This document shows, piece by piece, positions 30,028-40,694 of a DNA stretch of 64,000 nucleotides. The notes under the pieces were generated by a model that had not been told where the DNA came from, searched no databases, and worked only from the letters and a program-made list of their open reading frames with translations. This stretch comes from an uncultured delta proteobacterium (GTDB lineage: Bacteria; Desulfobacterota; Binatia; UBA9968), in NCBI GenBank assembly GCA_963737905.1, contig CAVTUQ010000032.1, forward strand, positions 1-64,000. Reading direction: 5' to 3'. A program made the translations under genes and the position numbers. Position 1 is the stretch's first letter; each line of letters begins with the position of its first letter.

Positions 30028-30211
30028 AGACCCCTCCCAGGTTGTGTCATACCCCCAGTAGGACTTCGGTAACGGAGCCGATTCCACGCAACGAGCTGCG
30101 GAGAATCAAAATCTCCGAATCGAAAGAGCTGGTACTGCGGGTGCTGCAGGGGGGTATCCTGCGCGGAGGCGCTACCCGCCGTACCAGCCAGCGCCGCCAG
30201 ACACGCGGCCG

Positions 30212-30565
30212 CTATCTTTTAGCTTGCCTCCGGTCACGCTTAAGAGCTTCATCGAGTGCATTGAGGAATACCTCGTCACTGAACGGCTTGCGCAAAAAGG
30301 CCACTGCGCCTGCCCGCAGCGCCCGGTCACGTACGCTCACCTCGTCGTGGGCAGTAATGAAAATCACCGGGAGAGTTCTTTCACTTCGGACTAAGTGTTC
30401 CTGCACCTCCAGGCCGTTCATTCCTGGCATCTGCACATCAAGTACGACACAGTCTGGATGACACGACGGCATGGTCTCGATGTGCTCGATGAACTCGTGA
30501 CCAGATGTGAACGTGTCGGTGTCCACTCCCAGGGAGCGAAGCAGCCGCCCAATCGCCCGGCAGAC
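30212..30565 (-). pseudogene. Receiver-only response regulator lacking its first ~14 residues
   Basis: VCRAIGRLLRSLG...VLDVQMPGMNG...FLRKPF begins right after the upstream stop codon; the VDDD segment is missing. Confidence 0.8.
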
Positions 30566-30568
30566 CGG

Positions 30569-30859
30569 CTACTCTCTTCCGTTGCGCGTCGCTAGCCATA
30601 CAGCCAGCATGCCCATGACGAATCCGATCGCCAAGCCCATAGCCACAGACCGCAGCGGTTCGTGCTTGATGCGATGGGTCGCATCGTCTATCAAATCTTC
30701 CGTTGCGGCACGACCCCGCCTGGCCAACCGCCGGGCAGCAATCACTCGGTCTTCGACGGCCTGAGAAGCTTCGGTCTTGAGCCGCGAGACTTCATCTCCC
30801 ACTTCCATCAGCCGCTCTCTGGCTTTCCCGAGCAAGCTACTTTTGTCATTCTCTTCCAT
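30569..30859 (-). CDS. DUF883/ElaB-YqjD-like tail-anchored protein
   Basis: Helical charged N-terminus and IKHEPLRSVAMGLAIGFVMG C-terminal anchor. Confidence 0.75.
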   Translation of the reverse strand: MEENDKSSLLGKARERLMEVGDEVSRLKTEASQAVEDRVIAARRLARRGRAATEDLIDDATHRIKHEPLRSVAMGLAIGFVMGMLAVWLATRNGRE

Positions 30860-30991
30860 AGTGATCCCTCCCTTTGTTTACGGTTTTGTTACTTCGATCG
30901 ACCAAAGCTTTGCACAACTTGGAGATTAAATGAATAGGAACGGTTCTAATGAAACTTATTTCGACGCGCTGACCGTTTACTATCCGGGATT

Positions 30992-31019
30992 CTCTGATTT
31001 AAGCTTCCAAATCCCTTAG
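30992..31019 (-). promoter_or_regulatory. Motif A site
   Basis: CTCTGATTTAAGCTTCCAAATCCCTTAG, preceded by TCCGGGAT. Confidence 0.65.
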
Positions 31020-31089
31020 AGAAGGAGAGACGTAGAGTCCAGCCGCATGACCCTTGGAGGGCCCTATCGATGGGTATAATCATCTACCG

Positions 31090-31536
31090 CTATTTCTTGA
31101 GCTTGATTGTTACACCGCTCGGCGCCAGTTGAAGCAAGGCTTCTTCAGAATCTCCTCGCAGATGCAAGACGACGCCGTTTTTGTTGCGCATGAATATGCC
31201 GCCCATAGTCCCCGCCAAGGCAAATCCGGCCTCGCCGGCTAAGTAGGTTCCTTCAAACTTGGAGACGTCTGTCAGATTGTAAACTTCTCCCACCGCGCTC
31301 GCTTTGGCGATCCCAATATCAACGAGTGTGAGACCGTTGACGGCGAACAGCTGGTGCTTGCCTTTGAAAATCAGCCTACCATCGCCCCAGTTAACCCCGA
31401 CCGCCAGGGCAATCGAATTGCTTTCGATCGATATTTTTCCAGACGGTGCTGGGCTTTGCCCGTAAGCGTCATGGGTCGCACAGACCGCCAACAAAACGAA
31501 TTGCGTGAGCACAGCGAATATTGGAACTTTGACCAT
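31090..31536 (-). CDS. Secreted DUF1134/EipA-like protein
   Basis: Signal peptide, GVNWGDGRLIF, GEVYNL...FEGTY, MRNKNGVV. Confidence 0.7.
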   Translation of the reverse strand: MVKVPIFAVLTQFVLLAVCATHDAYGQSPAPSGKISIESNSIALAVGVNWGDGRLIFKGKHQLFAVNGLTLVDIGIAKASAVGEVYNLTDVSKFEGTYLAGEAGFALAGTMGGIFMRNKNGVVLHLRGDSEEALLQLAPSGVTIKLKK

Positions 31537-31747
31537 AGGACTCTCCTCGTGTAGTGATTAAACCAGACGAAGTACCAACGCGTGCGACAGTACACTAGAA
31601 ACTCTTCCCCGTGCCACAAAAGATCCCGGGATCAATATTCTGTGCATCCCGAAACGGAGTGCTCAAAGCCACGAACTGAATCTGGGATACGGGGGGTTAC
31701 TCAGAAGAAACTTACTTTGGGTGGTCTACGATTCGCTATCGGGGCTG

Positions 31748-31777
31748 CCCTGATTTTTGCCTGCCAAATCCCTTAAG
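31748..31777 (-). promoter_or_regulatory. Motif A site
   Basis: ATCGGGGCTG-CCCTGATTTTTGCCTGCCAAATCCCTTAAG. Confidence 0.7.
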
Positions 31778-31864
31778 GCCTAAGGGGTGGCGCCTAACCA
31801 CTCGTCATCTTTTGTGCTTCTTTCGCGCTATGACCAAAAAACGCGAAGTCACCGCTTTATCATT

Positions 31865-34416
31865 TCACTCCATTTTGCGCGATTCGTGGTCGCCCGGGGA
31901 GAGGAGTTCTCTTATTTGCTTGTCCACCGATTTCAAATTGAGATCGCGCTGCGGGAACGGCATTTCTATTCCGGCTGCGTGAAGCGCTTGGAGCAACGCG
32001 ATGGAGAGCCGGCTCTTGGTGTCAAGATTAGCCTGCACGAGCGTCCAAACCCGCAAGCCAAAATTGAGCGCGCTTTCGCCGAAGCCCTGGAAAACCACTG
32101 CGGGAGCAGGGTCTTTGAGAACACTGGAATCCGCTGCGGTGACGGCGAGCATTACCTCCATTACCTTCTGCAGATCGGAACCGTAGGCAACTCCGATGTT
32201 AATCTCAATCCTCCGCCACGGATCCGTCAAGGTCCAGTTCATGAGTTTCTCGGAAATCAAGGTTGCGTTCGGAATGATGGCATCGGCGCCATCCCCGGTA
32301 CTAATCGTGCTCGAACGGATACCGATATTCTTCACAATGCCTGAGACACCGCCGACTTCGATGGTATCTCCGGGATGGATGGGACGCTCAAACAAAAGAA
32401 TCAGCCCTGAAAGAAAATTGTTGACGATATTTTGCAGGCCGAAACCGATACCGACGCCGAAGGCGCCGGCCAGCAACGTGAAGCGATTCAAGTCCACTCC
32501 CGCCATGCCCAAAGCGACAAAAAAACCGAACAACAGGATCGCGTAGTAGACCGTGGTCGTAATCATCACGGGGATACCCCGGCCGACCCGCATCCTCGGA
32601 AAGACATCTTCCTCCAGGAGAAGCCGAACTCCCCGCGAGATCAGCATCGCCGCCGTTAGAACTAAACCAAAAGCGATGATGTCCCAGAGCGAGAAATCCA
32701 CTCGTCCTTCCCGGATCGGCGAAGTCAGAAAATCCGTGACCGCTTTGACGACGTTGTCCTTCACCGTAAAAAATCGGAGCGATCGCTTCAAGGGACAGCA
32801 CAAACGCGGCAAAGTTAAGAATACGAAAACCCCAGTGGGAAATGCTGCCGCCGTAACGTTTGACCACCGCAAGGGAGCGGGCCAGATCCGTGTCGAGAAA
32901 GACGGCGAATAGGATAGCTAGCGCTTTGGTCGCGCCAAAGATTGCGAATACCGCGTATGCGCTGTAAAGGACGCCGGTGCCCAACAATTTAGCGAGCTCG
33001 AAATATCCCAGGATGTTTGCGACGACCGAGATGCAGACAAGCAACAGGGTTATCCGGAAAAGGGAAATTAGATAGGCCGGTGTGGCCGTCTCAGTGAATA
33101 ACCGCCTGACCCGAGCGAGCGTCAACAGCCAAATCAAAACGATGATGGCGATGATACCGAGAACGAGAAAAGCAAGCCGATCCACGATCGGCACCGCAAG
33201 GAGCAAATCTAGCGCGCTGTCGAAGATGTAGAAAGCGGCAACGGTGAAGAGAACTGGCCGGGCCGCCGGGTGGATCAGGCGCGGAAGCAATCGAAGTACT
33301 GGAATCAAAAGCAGCAAGGCTTCCAAAACTCTGATGAGGCGCGGGGCGTTGGCGGTGAAAAAAACCAGGGATAAGACAAGGGTAATAAGAAGCGCCAAGG
33401 ACGCCGGGCGCTTGAGAAAGTGCGTAGCTTCTTCGAAAATTCCGGTGATCTTGTGTCCATTGCGCCACTTTCTGGCTCAAGAGTACGGACACGATGAGGA
33501 TCAAGAAGAAGAATCCGACGACCAGGCAGACGCCCAAGAGATGACTTCGCAAAAACTCGAGGGCGTCCGCAAATTGCCGGGAGAGCAAGGCGCCAATTTC
33601 ACCCGCGGCTGGCCCGACGCGCTGCCACTCTGTCTTGACCTGCCAAAGGGGAACTCGGTCCGCCACGATAAGGCTCTCCTGGAAACGCGCCCTGCCCAGG
33701 GCAACGTTGTCCAGAACCTCTGAGATCGCGGTCTCTCGTTGGTAGAGCTGATTCTCCAGCACGAGGGCCGCGTCGAGTCGTTTACGCGTCTCCGCTTTGA
33801 CTTTTGTGATCTCACCGAGTACGCCACGGATCGCGCGCTCAACTTCCCGCGGCAAAGAACCCGGAGGAGAAGCCTTGAGCGTCAGTTCCCACGTCTGTTC
33901 TTCCTGATCGACGAGAGTGAAATCCCGGTAGAGCTGGCTCGTCCACCGTGAGATTGCCTGTTGCATTTTGACAAGCCTGGCCGCCCGATTTTTCCAGGAG
34001 ATTTCCAGGTCTGAAAGTTGCTCCGGCCGCAGCGACTTGGCGATGGCCGATTCAGCGGTCTTCGCCTCCCCAGCAAAAGTATTCCGTGTCGCTTCAATTT
34101 CTTTGGCTATCTCCACCACTTCAGAGGGTTGAACCCTTTCAGCAACCTCGCGGATTTGCCGCCGCGAGCTTTCTAGCCGCTTGGACACGTCGCTCAATGG
34201 AATGGGCTCAACGACAGGCGCGACGTTCGGTGTCGTCGGAGGTTTAGTTTGGGGCGTCTCGCTTTGCTGTGGAGCTGTATTCTCTGGCTTGGGCACGAGC
34301 TGGCCGGGAGCCGCTGCGAGCGCGGCAAGCGGCAAGAACAGCCAAATCCCAACGAGCGCGAGCAAGCGCATGAAAGAGAGGCATCGATGTGGCGCGGTTT
34401 TCAGGTGAAAAGGCAT
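31865..34416 (-). CDS. Large MscS/MscK-family mechanosensitive channel, two frameshifts (near 33420 and 32800)
   Basis: Three overlapping ORFs: periplasmic coiled coil, TM block, and MscS core GAFGVGIGFGLQNIVNNFLSGLILLFERP, IGVAYGSD, PFPQRDL. Confidence 0.88.
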
Positions 34417-34496
34417 GAAGCGATTTAATGAACGACCCTACATCAAAGACTTGAATAGCGGAAGGGTGGAATAATGGATCCGTACCTGGGTCAAGA

Positions 34497-35585
34497 TCAG
34501 GTGACTATTGAACGTCTTCTCCAGATTCGACCATCGAGCCAGTAGTGGCAGAAAAGTCCACCCACTCCGAGCGGGGCGAGCCATTGGAACTGATACCAAC
34601 CGCCTGTGATTGCTCCCGCAAGACCGATCAGAGGCCAGAGCGCGAAAGAAGCGGCGAATCGTATCTCAGAGTGAGCACTCCCTTTTGGGAACTTCTCCAG
34701 TTCATCGCCACGCATGGATAACTTCGCCATGGCGTAGGTGAAATAGAGATACTGCACCTCGTGGTGGACGGCGAGCACGAGTAGGTAGGAAGCATTCGTG
34801 GCACCGAGCACATAGGCGCTGCCAAAGGCCACAGCGTGGGCAAGCACAACCCACCGCTCGCCCGGATGCAAGGTTTCAACATTTCGTGTTTCCACAATTT
34901 TCGATTCGGGCCGCTGCTGTGTCTGTCGCCATGTCCATACGAAATAGGCGACGACCCAGCCGACCGAGATTAAGCCCAATCCCCAGGCAACCTCTGCACC
35001 AGCGCCGATCGCATAGTACGCGTCGCCTTCATATTTTTCCGGCGCCAGATGGCCGTACAAGAAAACCGCGGCGATCATAGGCAGATAGATCGCGCCGGAA
35101 AAAAGCCGGCTGTGCAGTGACGAGATCGGCCCGCCGGCCTGACGCTGGTAAAATCTGGCGACCCCAAGACTCTGCCGCCCGCGATGCCAGACCGCGGCAT
35201 ACATGGCAATCGATGTGAGCAACACCGATTGGCCGCTTGTCGCAAGCGCGTAGGTCGCCACAAGAATTATCAGCGGGATAATGAGCACATCGACGGGAAG
35301 ACGGCGCCAGAGCCGGCGGCGCGCTATAGCGTCGTAGGTTGCACCTAGATGGAGCTCAGAAAATACCAGATCGATCCAGTCGAGCTCGCGATCTCCACAA
35401 AGAACAATCAGGGCAAGCGCCGCCAGTAATCCGCCTGAAGCGCCGGCGGATGCGAGCCAAAAGTCGGCGCGCTCTGAGATCAGCCAGGTGCGCGTTTTCG
35501 GAATGGGGGCAGTTTGTTTCGGTATTGCGCCGGCGTCGCTCACCGATGAGAGCTGAGCATAGGAGGGTACATGGTTGCTGTACAC
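34497..35585 (-). CDS. Hypothetical multi-pass membrane protein with His motifs
   Basis: HLGATY, WHRGRQSLG, HHEVQY, HYWLDG in or near TM helices; start uncertain. Confidence 0.75.
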   Translation of the reverse strand: MYSNHVPSYAQLSSVSDAGAIPKQTAPIPKTRTWLISERADFWLASAGASGGLLAALALIVLCGDRELDWIDLVFSELHLGATYDAIARRRLWRRLPVDVLIIPLIILVATYALATSGQSVLLTSIAMYAAVWHRGRQSLGVARFYQRQAGGPISSLHSRLFSGAIYLPMIAAVFLYGHLAPEKYEGDAYYAIGAGAEVAWGLGLISVGWVVAYFVWTWRQTQQRPESKIVETRNVETLHPGERWVVLAHAVAFGSAYVLGATNASYLLVLAVHHEVQYLYFTYAMAKLSMRGDELEKFPKGSAHSEIRFAASFALWPLIGLAGAITGGWYQFQWLAPLGVGGLFCHYWLDGRIWRRRSIVT

Positions 35586-35599
35586 TGAATCAGTACACT

Positions 35600-36531
35600 G
35601 TGTCAGACTTGCCTAAATCTACTAACTCTTAGTCGTTTCTTTTGCAACGCCCGGCTGATGTTGGACGGATGACAAACGAGAAACCCGGCGACTTCAGAAG
35701 CAAGGTAGCCTTGTTCAAAGACCGCCTCGCGGATGAATCGATCCCGAGCCGCCACGATCCTGGCCATCCGTCCCTTGCGCCGCAACGTTTTCGGGTCGAG
35801 CCCAGCTTGAGTAGCCAGTTTTTTGACGATGTCTTCCAAAGGGATTCGCCTCGATGTGGGCGGCGCCGTTTTCTCTTTGGCCAATTGCTTGACGAATTTC
35901 TCTGGACCCAAAAACGGCGCCTGTTCCCCCGGATGCCATTCCGCGCGGTAACCCTCCTTCACTCCGTCGCGTATGAATTCTTCATATCGGGCTGCATTTC
36001 CTAGCTCTTCCATCACCGGTCCAGGATCGATCAGCCCGCGCTTTTGTTTACCCAAGTACTCCCCATGCCCGCTCCACGGCCATTCTATCGGCCGCTTCAC
36101 CACACCGGCGCGCACGGGATTAAGATGAATATACCGTACCAACTCCATTAAATAGCTATCTTGATCGCATAGAATCGCTTTGTAGCGCCCTTGAAACAAA
36201 TGACCCCTATGGTGATGGGTGCGGTTAAATCGCTTGACGTAGCTGGTTAGAAGCGATTGCAGGATACGTGCGGTCGAGAAGCGTTGAACTTCCAAAAGTA
36301 AATGGAAATGGTTGGACATCAAGACGTAAGCATAAAGGTAAAACGGATAACGCTTGCGGACAACTTGCAGTGCTTCCAGAAACGCTTCGTAGTCGTATTG
36401 CCTTAAGAAGATCCTCTGCCCGTTATTCCCACGGGCTATGACATGATAGAGCAATCCTTCTGCATGTACTCGAAGATGCCGTGGCATGAACCGGGAATAT
36501 CAAAGTTAGTGGAGTTAGGCAAGTCTGACAC
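35600..36531. mobile_element. 932-bp Y1 (HUH) transposase element with 28-bp terminal inverted repeats
   Basis: GTGTCAGACTTGCCTAAATCTACTAACT (35600-35627) / AGTTAGTGGAGTTAGGCAAGTCTGACAC (36504-36531), 26/28 match. Confidence 0.85.
35603..36487 (-). CDS. REP-associated tyrosine transposase-like (Y1_Tnp) protein with C-terminal HTH
   Basis: YHVIARGNN, YVLMSNHFHLL (HUH), GHLFQGRY, RYIHLNPVRAG, WPWS; C-terminal ASEVAGFL...SNISRA helix-turn-helix. Confidence 0.92.
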   Translation of the reverse strand: MPRHLRVHAEGLLYHVIARGNNGQRIFLRQYDYEAFLEALQVVRKRYPFYLYAYVLMSNHFHLLLEVQRFSTARILQSLLTSYVKRFNRTHHHRGHLFQGRYKAILCDQDSYLMELVRYIHLNPVRAGVVKRPIEWPWSGHGEYLGKQKRGLIDPGPVMEELGNAARYEEFIRDGVKEGYRAEWHPGEQAPFLGPEKFVKQLAKEKTAPPTSRRIPLEDIVKKLATQAGLDPKTLRRKGRMARIVAARDRFIREAVFEQGYLASEVAGFLVCHPSNISRALQKKRLRVSRFRQV

Positions 36532-36695
36532 TAATCACTAATTATTGGTTTGTTCGGCGCGACGACGGTAATCTCGGTGTCGCTCACGACCATGCGCCGC
36601 GAGCACAAAGATTTGTCCCCACTTACAACCCTATGTGCAAGTGGATAACGGCTATGTGGCTTTCTTAAACCGGCTCAGGCTACACTGAAGTCTTC

Positions 36696-37295
36696 TTAGC
36701 TCTTGAGCGCCTCCGGTACCGGCATCTTGAGAAGGGTCAGGACCTCGGCTGCCTTAACCTTTACAGAGCTCGCTTTAGCCACTGCGTCCATCAGGTTACC
36801 GCCCTTCGAAGCCTCAGTCGCCGCCGTCCATTGCTGCGTGATCTCGTTCAGACCGGCTTTTGCTTGGGCCAGGGTTTCCGCCGACATTCCGGCCGGAAGC
36901 TTCTTACTCTGCGAAAGGATATCCACGCGGCTTTTAATCGCCTCTACCACCCGGGGCATCCCGGAGCTCAATCCTTCCCAGCTTTTCGTAAGCTCCGCTT
37001 TTTTCTTGGCCGCAGCACTGGCCAACTCCTGGGCTTTGGACGTGACTGTCGACGCGTCCGACATCACGGCTTTGTAATCGCCCTTGTTGAATTTCTCTCT
37101 CATGGCTGCCAAAGCAGAATCCAACGAGTTTGCCTGGTCCGGCATGTATTTACTCACCTCGCCTTTTGCAGTGTTGATGGCCTCCTCCGCTGCCTTGAGC
37201 GCCGTCTCCGCCGGGCCTTTGTCGGCGTTGCCACAAGCCGCTAGCACCGCGGCGGCTAGAATCATGACGAAAAAATTATAAACGTGTCGATGCAT
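36696..37295 (-). CDS. Helical hypothetical lipoprotein
   Basis: LAAC lipobox; Ala/Lys-rich with two internal helical repeats. Confidence 0.85.
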   Translation of the reverse strand: MHRHVYNFFVMILAAAVLAACGNADKGPAETALKAAEEAINTAKGEVSKYMPDQANSLDSALAAMREKFNKGDYKAVMSDASTVTSKAQELASAAAKKKAELTKSWEGLSSGMPRVVEAIKSRVDILSQSKKLPAGMSAETLAQAKAGLNEITQQWTAATEASKGGNLMDAVAKASSVKVKAAEVLTLLKMPVPEALKS

Positions 37296-37342
37296 GACTT
37301 CTCCTTTTCATCGAATATGTTGGCTTCCGAGAATGCTGAAGC

Positions 37343-37597
37343 TCATGGAATGCGAAGCTTCTGACCGATGTTGATCCGGTTCGGGTCTTTGAGAGTGTCC
37401 CGGTTAGCATCGAAAATTTTCGGGTACAGGTTGCCGTCGCCGTAGTACTGCTCAGCAATTTTCCAGAGTGTTTCGCCCTTCTTGACTTCATGCCACTGAG
37501 TCGTATCAAAGGCATCTGCATCGCTTTCAGTTTTATTTTCGTCCGTGGGACCGATATCGGGTATTGCCCACGGGTCGGGGGTTTTTTTGTCTTCCAT
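37343..37597 (-). CDS. LysM peptidoglycan-binding protein (YgaU/XkdP-like C-terminal domain)
   Basis: HEVKKGETLWKIAEQYYGDGNLYPKIFDANRDTLKDPNRINIGQKLRIP. Confidence 0.92.
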   Translation of the reverse strand: MEDKKTPDPWAIPDIGPTDENKTESDADAFDTTQWHEVKKGETLWKIAEQYYGDGNLYPKIFDANRDTLKDPNRINIGQKLRIP

Positions 37598-37752
37598 AAA
37601 GTCCTCCTCTGTCTGGTTAATCGGCTAAGACAGTCTAGTGTTCCGATTTGATCTTCTGGTAGAACCCAAAACTCGAAACCACAAAATTGCAAACTCGCCT
37701 ACGGAAAGCCGTCTGTCTGTTTCGTCACTACTCCAGTAGTTGGCTGACTGCT

Positions 37753-37790
37753 ATCGGGATTTTCCTGATTTCGGCCTCCGAAATCCTTTA
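37753..37790 (-). promoter_or_regulatory. Motif A site
   Basis: ATCGGGATTTTCCTGATTTCGGCCTCCGAAATCCTTTA. Confidence 0.7.
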
Positions 37791-37803
37791 CGAGACATAC
37801 CAA

Positions 37804-38355
37804 TCACTTCGGCACATACGCGATCTGCTGGCCGCCAAGGGATGCCTCTGCCATCGCACCCCCCGTCGGCCTAACGAACACCGCCACGCCGTCAACGAAC
37901 TGGGCACCCATGGCGGCGCCTTTATCCGCGATAACCGCGGAAGCGTTGGCGCCGAAGTCAATTTCATTTCGTTTGAATTTATCCATCGCCGGCTCATTCT
38001 CGAAAACGATCAGCTGGCTATAGTCCTGGAACCCGGCCTGAAACCCCACCGACATCTGGGTTAGATCGGCATAGCCGATGTGTTGACCTTTCTCGTAAAC
38101 GACACCTTGACCATGGGCTCCACCAACGACCAGGCCGCCTTTGGTGATCTCCGGGAAGAAAGCGAAGCCGTAACCCTTCTTGGCAAAGGCCTCAAACTGG
38201 GGATCGACTTTATTCCATTCCTGCCTCGATGCCTGGGCGCTCTTCAAAAGCGCGTCTCCCTCCTCCTTGGTGACCGAGCCTGTGCTGCAGCCGGACAGTA
38301 ACCCCACGACCAGTGCCATCACAACAATGGCGCATTTCTTTGATGTCGATGTCAT
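37804..38355 (-). CDS. YSC84/SYLF lipid-binding lipoprotein
   Basis: LSGC lipobox, FPEITKGGLVVGGAHGQG, SVGFQAG, GAMAEASLGGQ. Confidence 0.88.
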   Translation of the reverse strand: MTSTSKKCAIVVMALVVGLLSGCSTGSVTKEEGDALLKSAQASRQEWNKVDPQFEAFAKKGYGFAFFPEITKGGLVVGGAHGQGVVYEKGQHIGYADLTQMSVGFQAGFQDYSQLIVFENEPAMDKFKRNEIDFGANASAVIADKGAAMGAQFVDGVAVFVRPTGGAMAEASLGGQQIAYVPK

Positions 38356-38557
38356 AAATCCTCCTTCACGGAAGGTTGTTCGTACTCCTACAAAATTCAG
38401 CACGAAGGGTAAATGAATTTCTATTTCACCGCTCATCCGCGCATCACGGCCATTGCAGGTCGCAAGCTACCTTTTCTCCACCACCAATTCAGTTCGCTGG
38501 TTTTTCGCCCGGCCTCCCCGGTGTCGTCCCGCACTACACACTGCGCTGTGCCGAAAT

Positions 38558-39049
38558 CTAGACCTTGACCCCGAGTGCAGTGGACAGATCCTTGATCGTC
38601 GCGGCTTCTTGCTCGCTCACTTGCGTGCCGCCAAAGCCAAGGAATCCGCCCTCCTTGGCGGCCTCGGCGACCTTCTGCGAAACGGAGACAAGCCACTGCT
38701 TGAACCCTTGAGCTTCGTCTGGTTTCGCTTTCTTCTCGATGAGCGCGGCCACCTGCCGCACACTGTCAATCGAATAGCTCTTTACCTGGTCCGGCGTTTT
38801 GCCTTTCAGTTCCGCCGGAGCGCTCAAGTCTCGCGCTCCCGCCTCAATGTCGGCTACCAGCGCTTTGATCAGTTCATTGGATGATCCTTGCGTCTTGACT
38901 TCGCCGAGCATTTTCCCCACCGCGAACATTTCCTTTACCACTCCGAACGGGCCACTCGGACTGGCCGCAACTACAGCCAGACCCGCCATGAAAGGCGCGC
39001 GCTGGATCTCTTTCCACTCTTCCGCCGTAAAATCCGCCTTCGTCGCCAT
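38558..39049 (-). CDS. Conserved hypothetical protein
   Basis: KADFTAEEW...VAEAAKEGGFLGFGGTQVSEQE; GGAGG RBS. Confidence 0.88.
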   Translation of the reverse strand: MATKADFTAEEWKEIQRAPFMAGLAVVAASPSGPFGVVKEMFAVGKMLGEVKTQGSSNELIKALVADIEAGARDLSAPAELKGKTPDQVKSYSIDSVRQVAALIEKKAKPDEAQGFKQWLVSVSQKVAEAAKEGGFLGFGGTQVSEQEAATIKDLSTALGVKV

Positions 39050-39148
39050 AAATACCTCCTCTTTTTTTGTGAGGCCGATTAGAGCTGCTAATGCGATGAT
39101 GCCACCTCTGATTATCGAGAGTCCTATCGCGGCGGCGGTGCACGCTCC

Positions 39149-39187
39149 ATCGGGATTACCCGTATTTTGGGGTTCTAAATACCCTAG
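39149..39187 (-). promoter_or_regulatory. Motif A site
   Basis: ATCGGGATTACCCGTATTTTGGGGTTCTAAATACCCTAG. Confidence 0.65.
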
Positions 39188-39307
39188 CGAGCTACTGAAA
39201 AGCTATACTCGTGCTTCGAGACCTCAGCACGAAAGGAAAATCTCCAATGATCTCAACCGCCTCTCCGTTCGCCTTAGAACAGAGCAGTCATCGGTTTAGC
39301 AGATCTC

Positions 39308-40048
39308 TTATCTGCGAGGTCGGTCGCCCTCGACGGGAACTCTCCTTGATGGATCTTCCTCACCGAGCCAGAGGTAGGTCCATCCGGCGAGTATAGCGCC
39401 TATGATCGGCGCCAGCCAGAAGAGCCAAAGCTGGGAGAGGGCCCAGCCTCCGACAAAGATTGCCGGGCCTGTACTTCGGGCCGGATTGACGGAGGTATTG
39501 GTGACGGGGATGCTGATCAAATGGATGAGTGTCAACGCAAGGCCGATGGCGATACCGGCAAACCCGGCAGGCGCGCGCCCGTGGGTGGAACCCAAGATAA
39601 TAATGAGAAACATATAGGTCATCACAATTTCGCAGACCAAAGAGGCAAAGAGAGAGTAGCCGCCCGGAGAATGGGCTGCATAGCCGTTGGCGGCAAACCC
39701 GCTTTGAACGAGATCGAAACCCGGTTTGCCTGTGGCGATGAGATAGATCACAAAAGCGCCGGCAATCGCGCCGAGCACCTGCGCTATAATGTACGGAAAT
39801 AAATCGGAAGTGGGGAAACGCTTGCCCGCCCACAAGCCGAAAGAAACAGCCGGGTTGAGATGGCAACCAGAGATGTGACCAACGGCGTATACCATCGTTA
39901 GGACGGTTAGACCGAAAGCAAGAGCGACTCCGTAAAAGCCGATCCCGAGATCGGGAAAGGCCGCCGCTAAAACCGCGCTCCCGCATCCCCCGAGCACCAA
40001 CCACAAGGTTCCAATAAACTCTGCTGCAAGACGCTTGGATAAAGGCAT
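39308..40048 (-). CDS. aqpZ: Aquaporin Z
   Basis: [11 protein letters not shown] and [12 protein letters not shown] motifs; [18 protein letters not shown]. Confidence 0.96.
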   Translation of the reverse strand: MPLSKRLAAEFIGTLWLVLGGCGSAVLAAAFPDLGIGFYGVALAFGLTVLTMVYAVGHISGCHLNPAVSFGLWAGKRFPTSDLFPYIIAQVLGAIAGAFVIYLIATGKPGFDLVQSGFAANGYAAHSPGGYSLFASLVCEIVMTYMFLIIILGSTHGRAPAGFAGIAIGLALTLIHLISIPVTNTSVNPARSTGPAIFVGGWALSQLWLFWLAPIIGAILAGWTYLWLGEEDPSRRVPVEGDRPRR

Positions 40049-40105
40049 GAGTCCCTCCTCGTGTCCAGTCTTCCCTGAGCGTAATTGAGCGGTCTATGCT
40101 CCGCT

Positions 40106-40146
40106 ATCGGGTTTTCCCTTATTTTGGGGTTCTAAATATCTTAGGG
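40106..40146 (-). promoter_or_regulatory. Motif A site upstream of aqpZ
   Basis: ATCGGGTTTTCCCTTATTTTGGGGTTCTAAATATCTTAGGG. Confidence 0.7.
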
Positions 40147-40169
40147 ACGGCCGGTTCATAGTCAGGAGA

Positions 40170-40637
40170 TCAAGAACCACTTTGGCGGCGAGGAGAAAGC
40201 TTCTCCGGTTCTCGTTTGAGGTCTGCCCAATAGGAGAACCCTTCACTGTCCTTAGCTTCAGCTCTAAGTATGCGTTCGGAACTTCCGGAATCCGCAAAAA
40301 GCTGCAGTGTCATCTGGCCGCCCTTATCGGATTTGGCGCTGAGCTTGCCGTCAGTTAAAACTAACTTTCCTTTCCCGGCGAACACCCCGATCATCCGATA
40401 GCTGACGAACTCGTACGCTCCCGTTTCACCGATGGCGAGAGTCACCCAGTCGTCGTCTCGATTCCGGGGATTTCGAACCAAGAGTCCTTCCCATTTTCCA
40501 GCAACACTCTTCATATCGGTTACTGTGGTCGGCTGCCATTGCCGTTTTTCTTTAGGATCCATCAAGCTGCATGCGACCATCCCTTGCACCGCAACGATCA
40601 CCGCAATCATCCCTAAACTTCGTTTGAGTCTTGTCAT
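40170..40637 (-). CDS. Hypothetical lipoprotein
   Basis: MVAC lipobox, SVAGKWEG beta-rich domain; AGGAG RBS. Confidence 0.75.
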   Translation of the reverse strand: MTRLKRSLGMIAVIVAVQGMVACSLMDPKEKRQWQPTTVTDMKSVAGKWEGLLVRNPRNRDDDWVTLAIGETGAYEFVSYRMIGVFAGKGKLVLTDGKLSAKSDKGGQMTLQLFADSGSSERILRAEAKDSEGFSYWADLKREPEKLSPRRQSGS

Positions 40638-40694
40638 TTTGATCTCCTGTTATTTATATGCCGTCTCGGCTGAAGTGCCACATCGTTGTACTAG

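Noticed and set aside
30085-30205. Possible signal-peptide stub of an outer-membrane export protein (AAACLAALAGTAGSASAQD...)
   Set aside because: Too short and frame-broken to assign.
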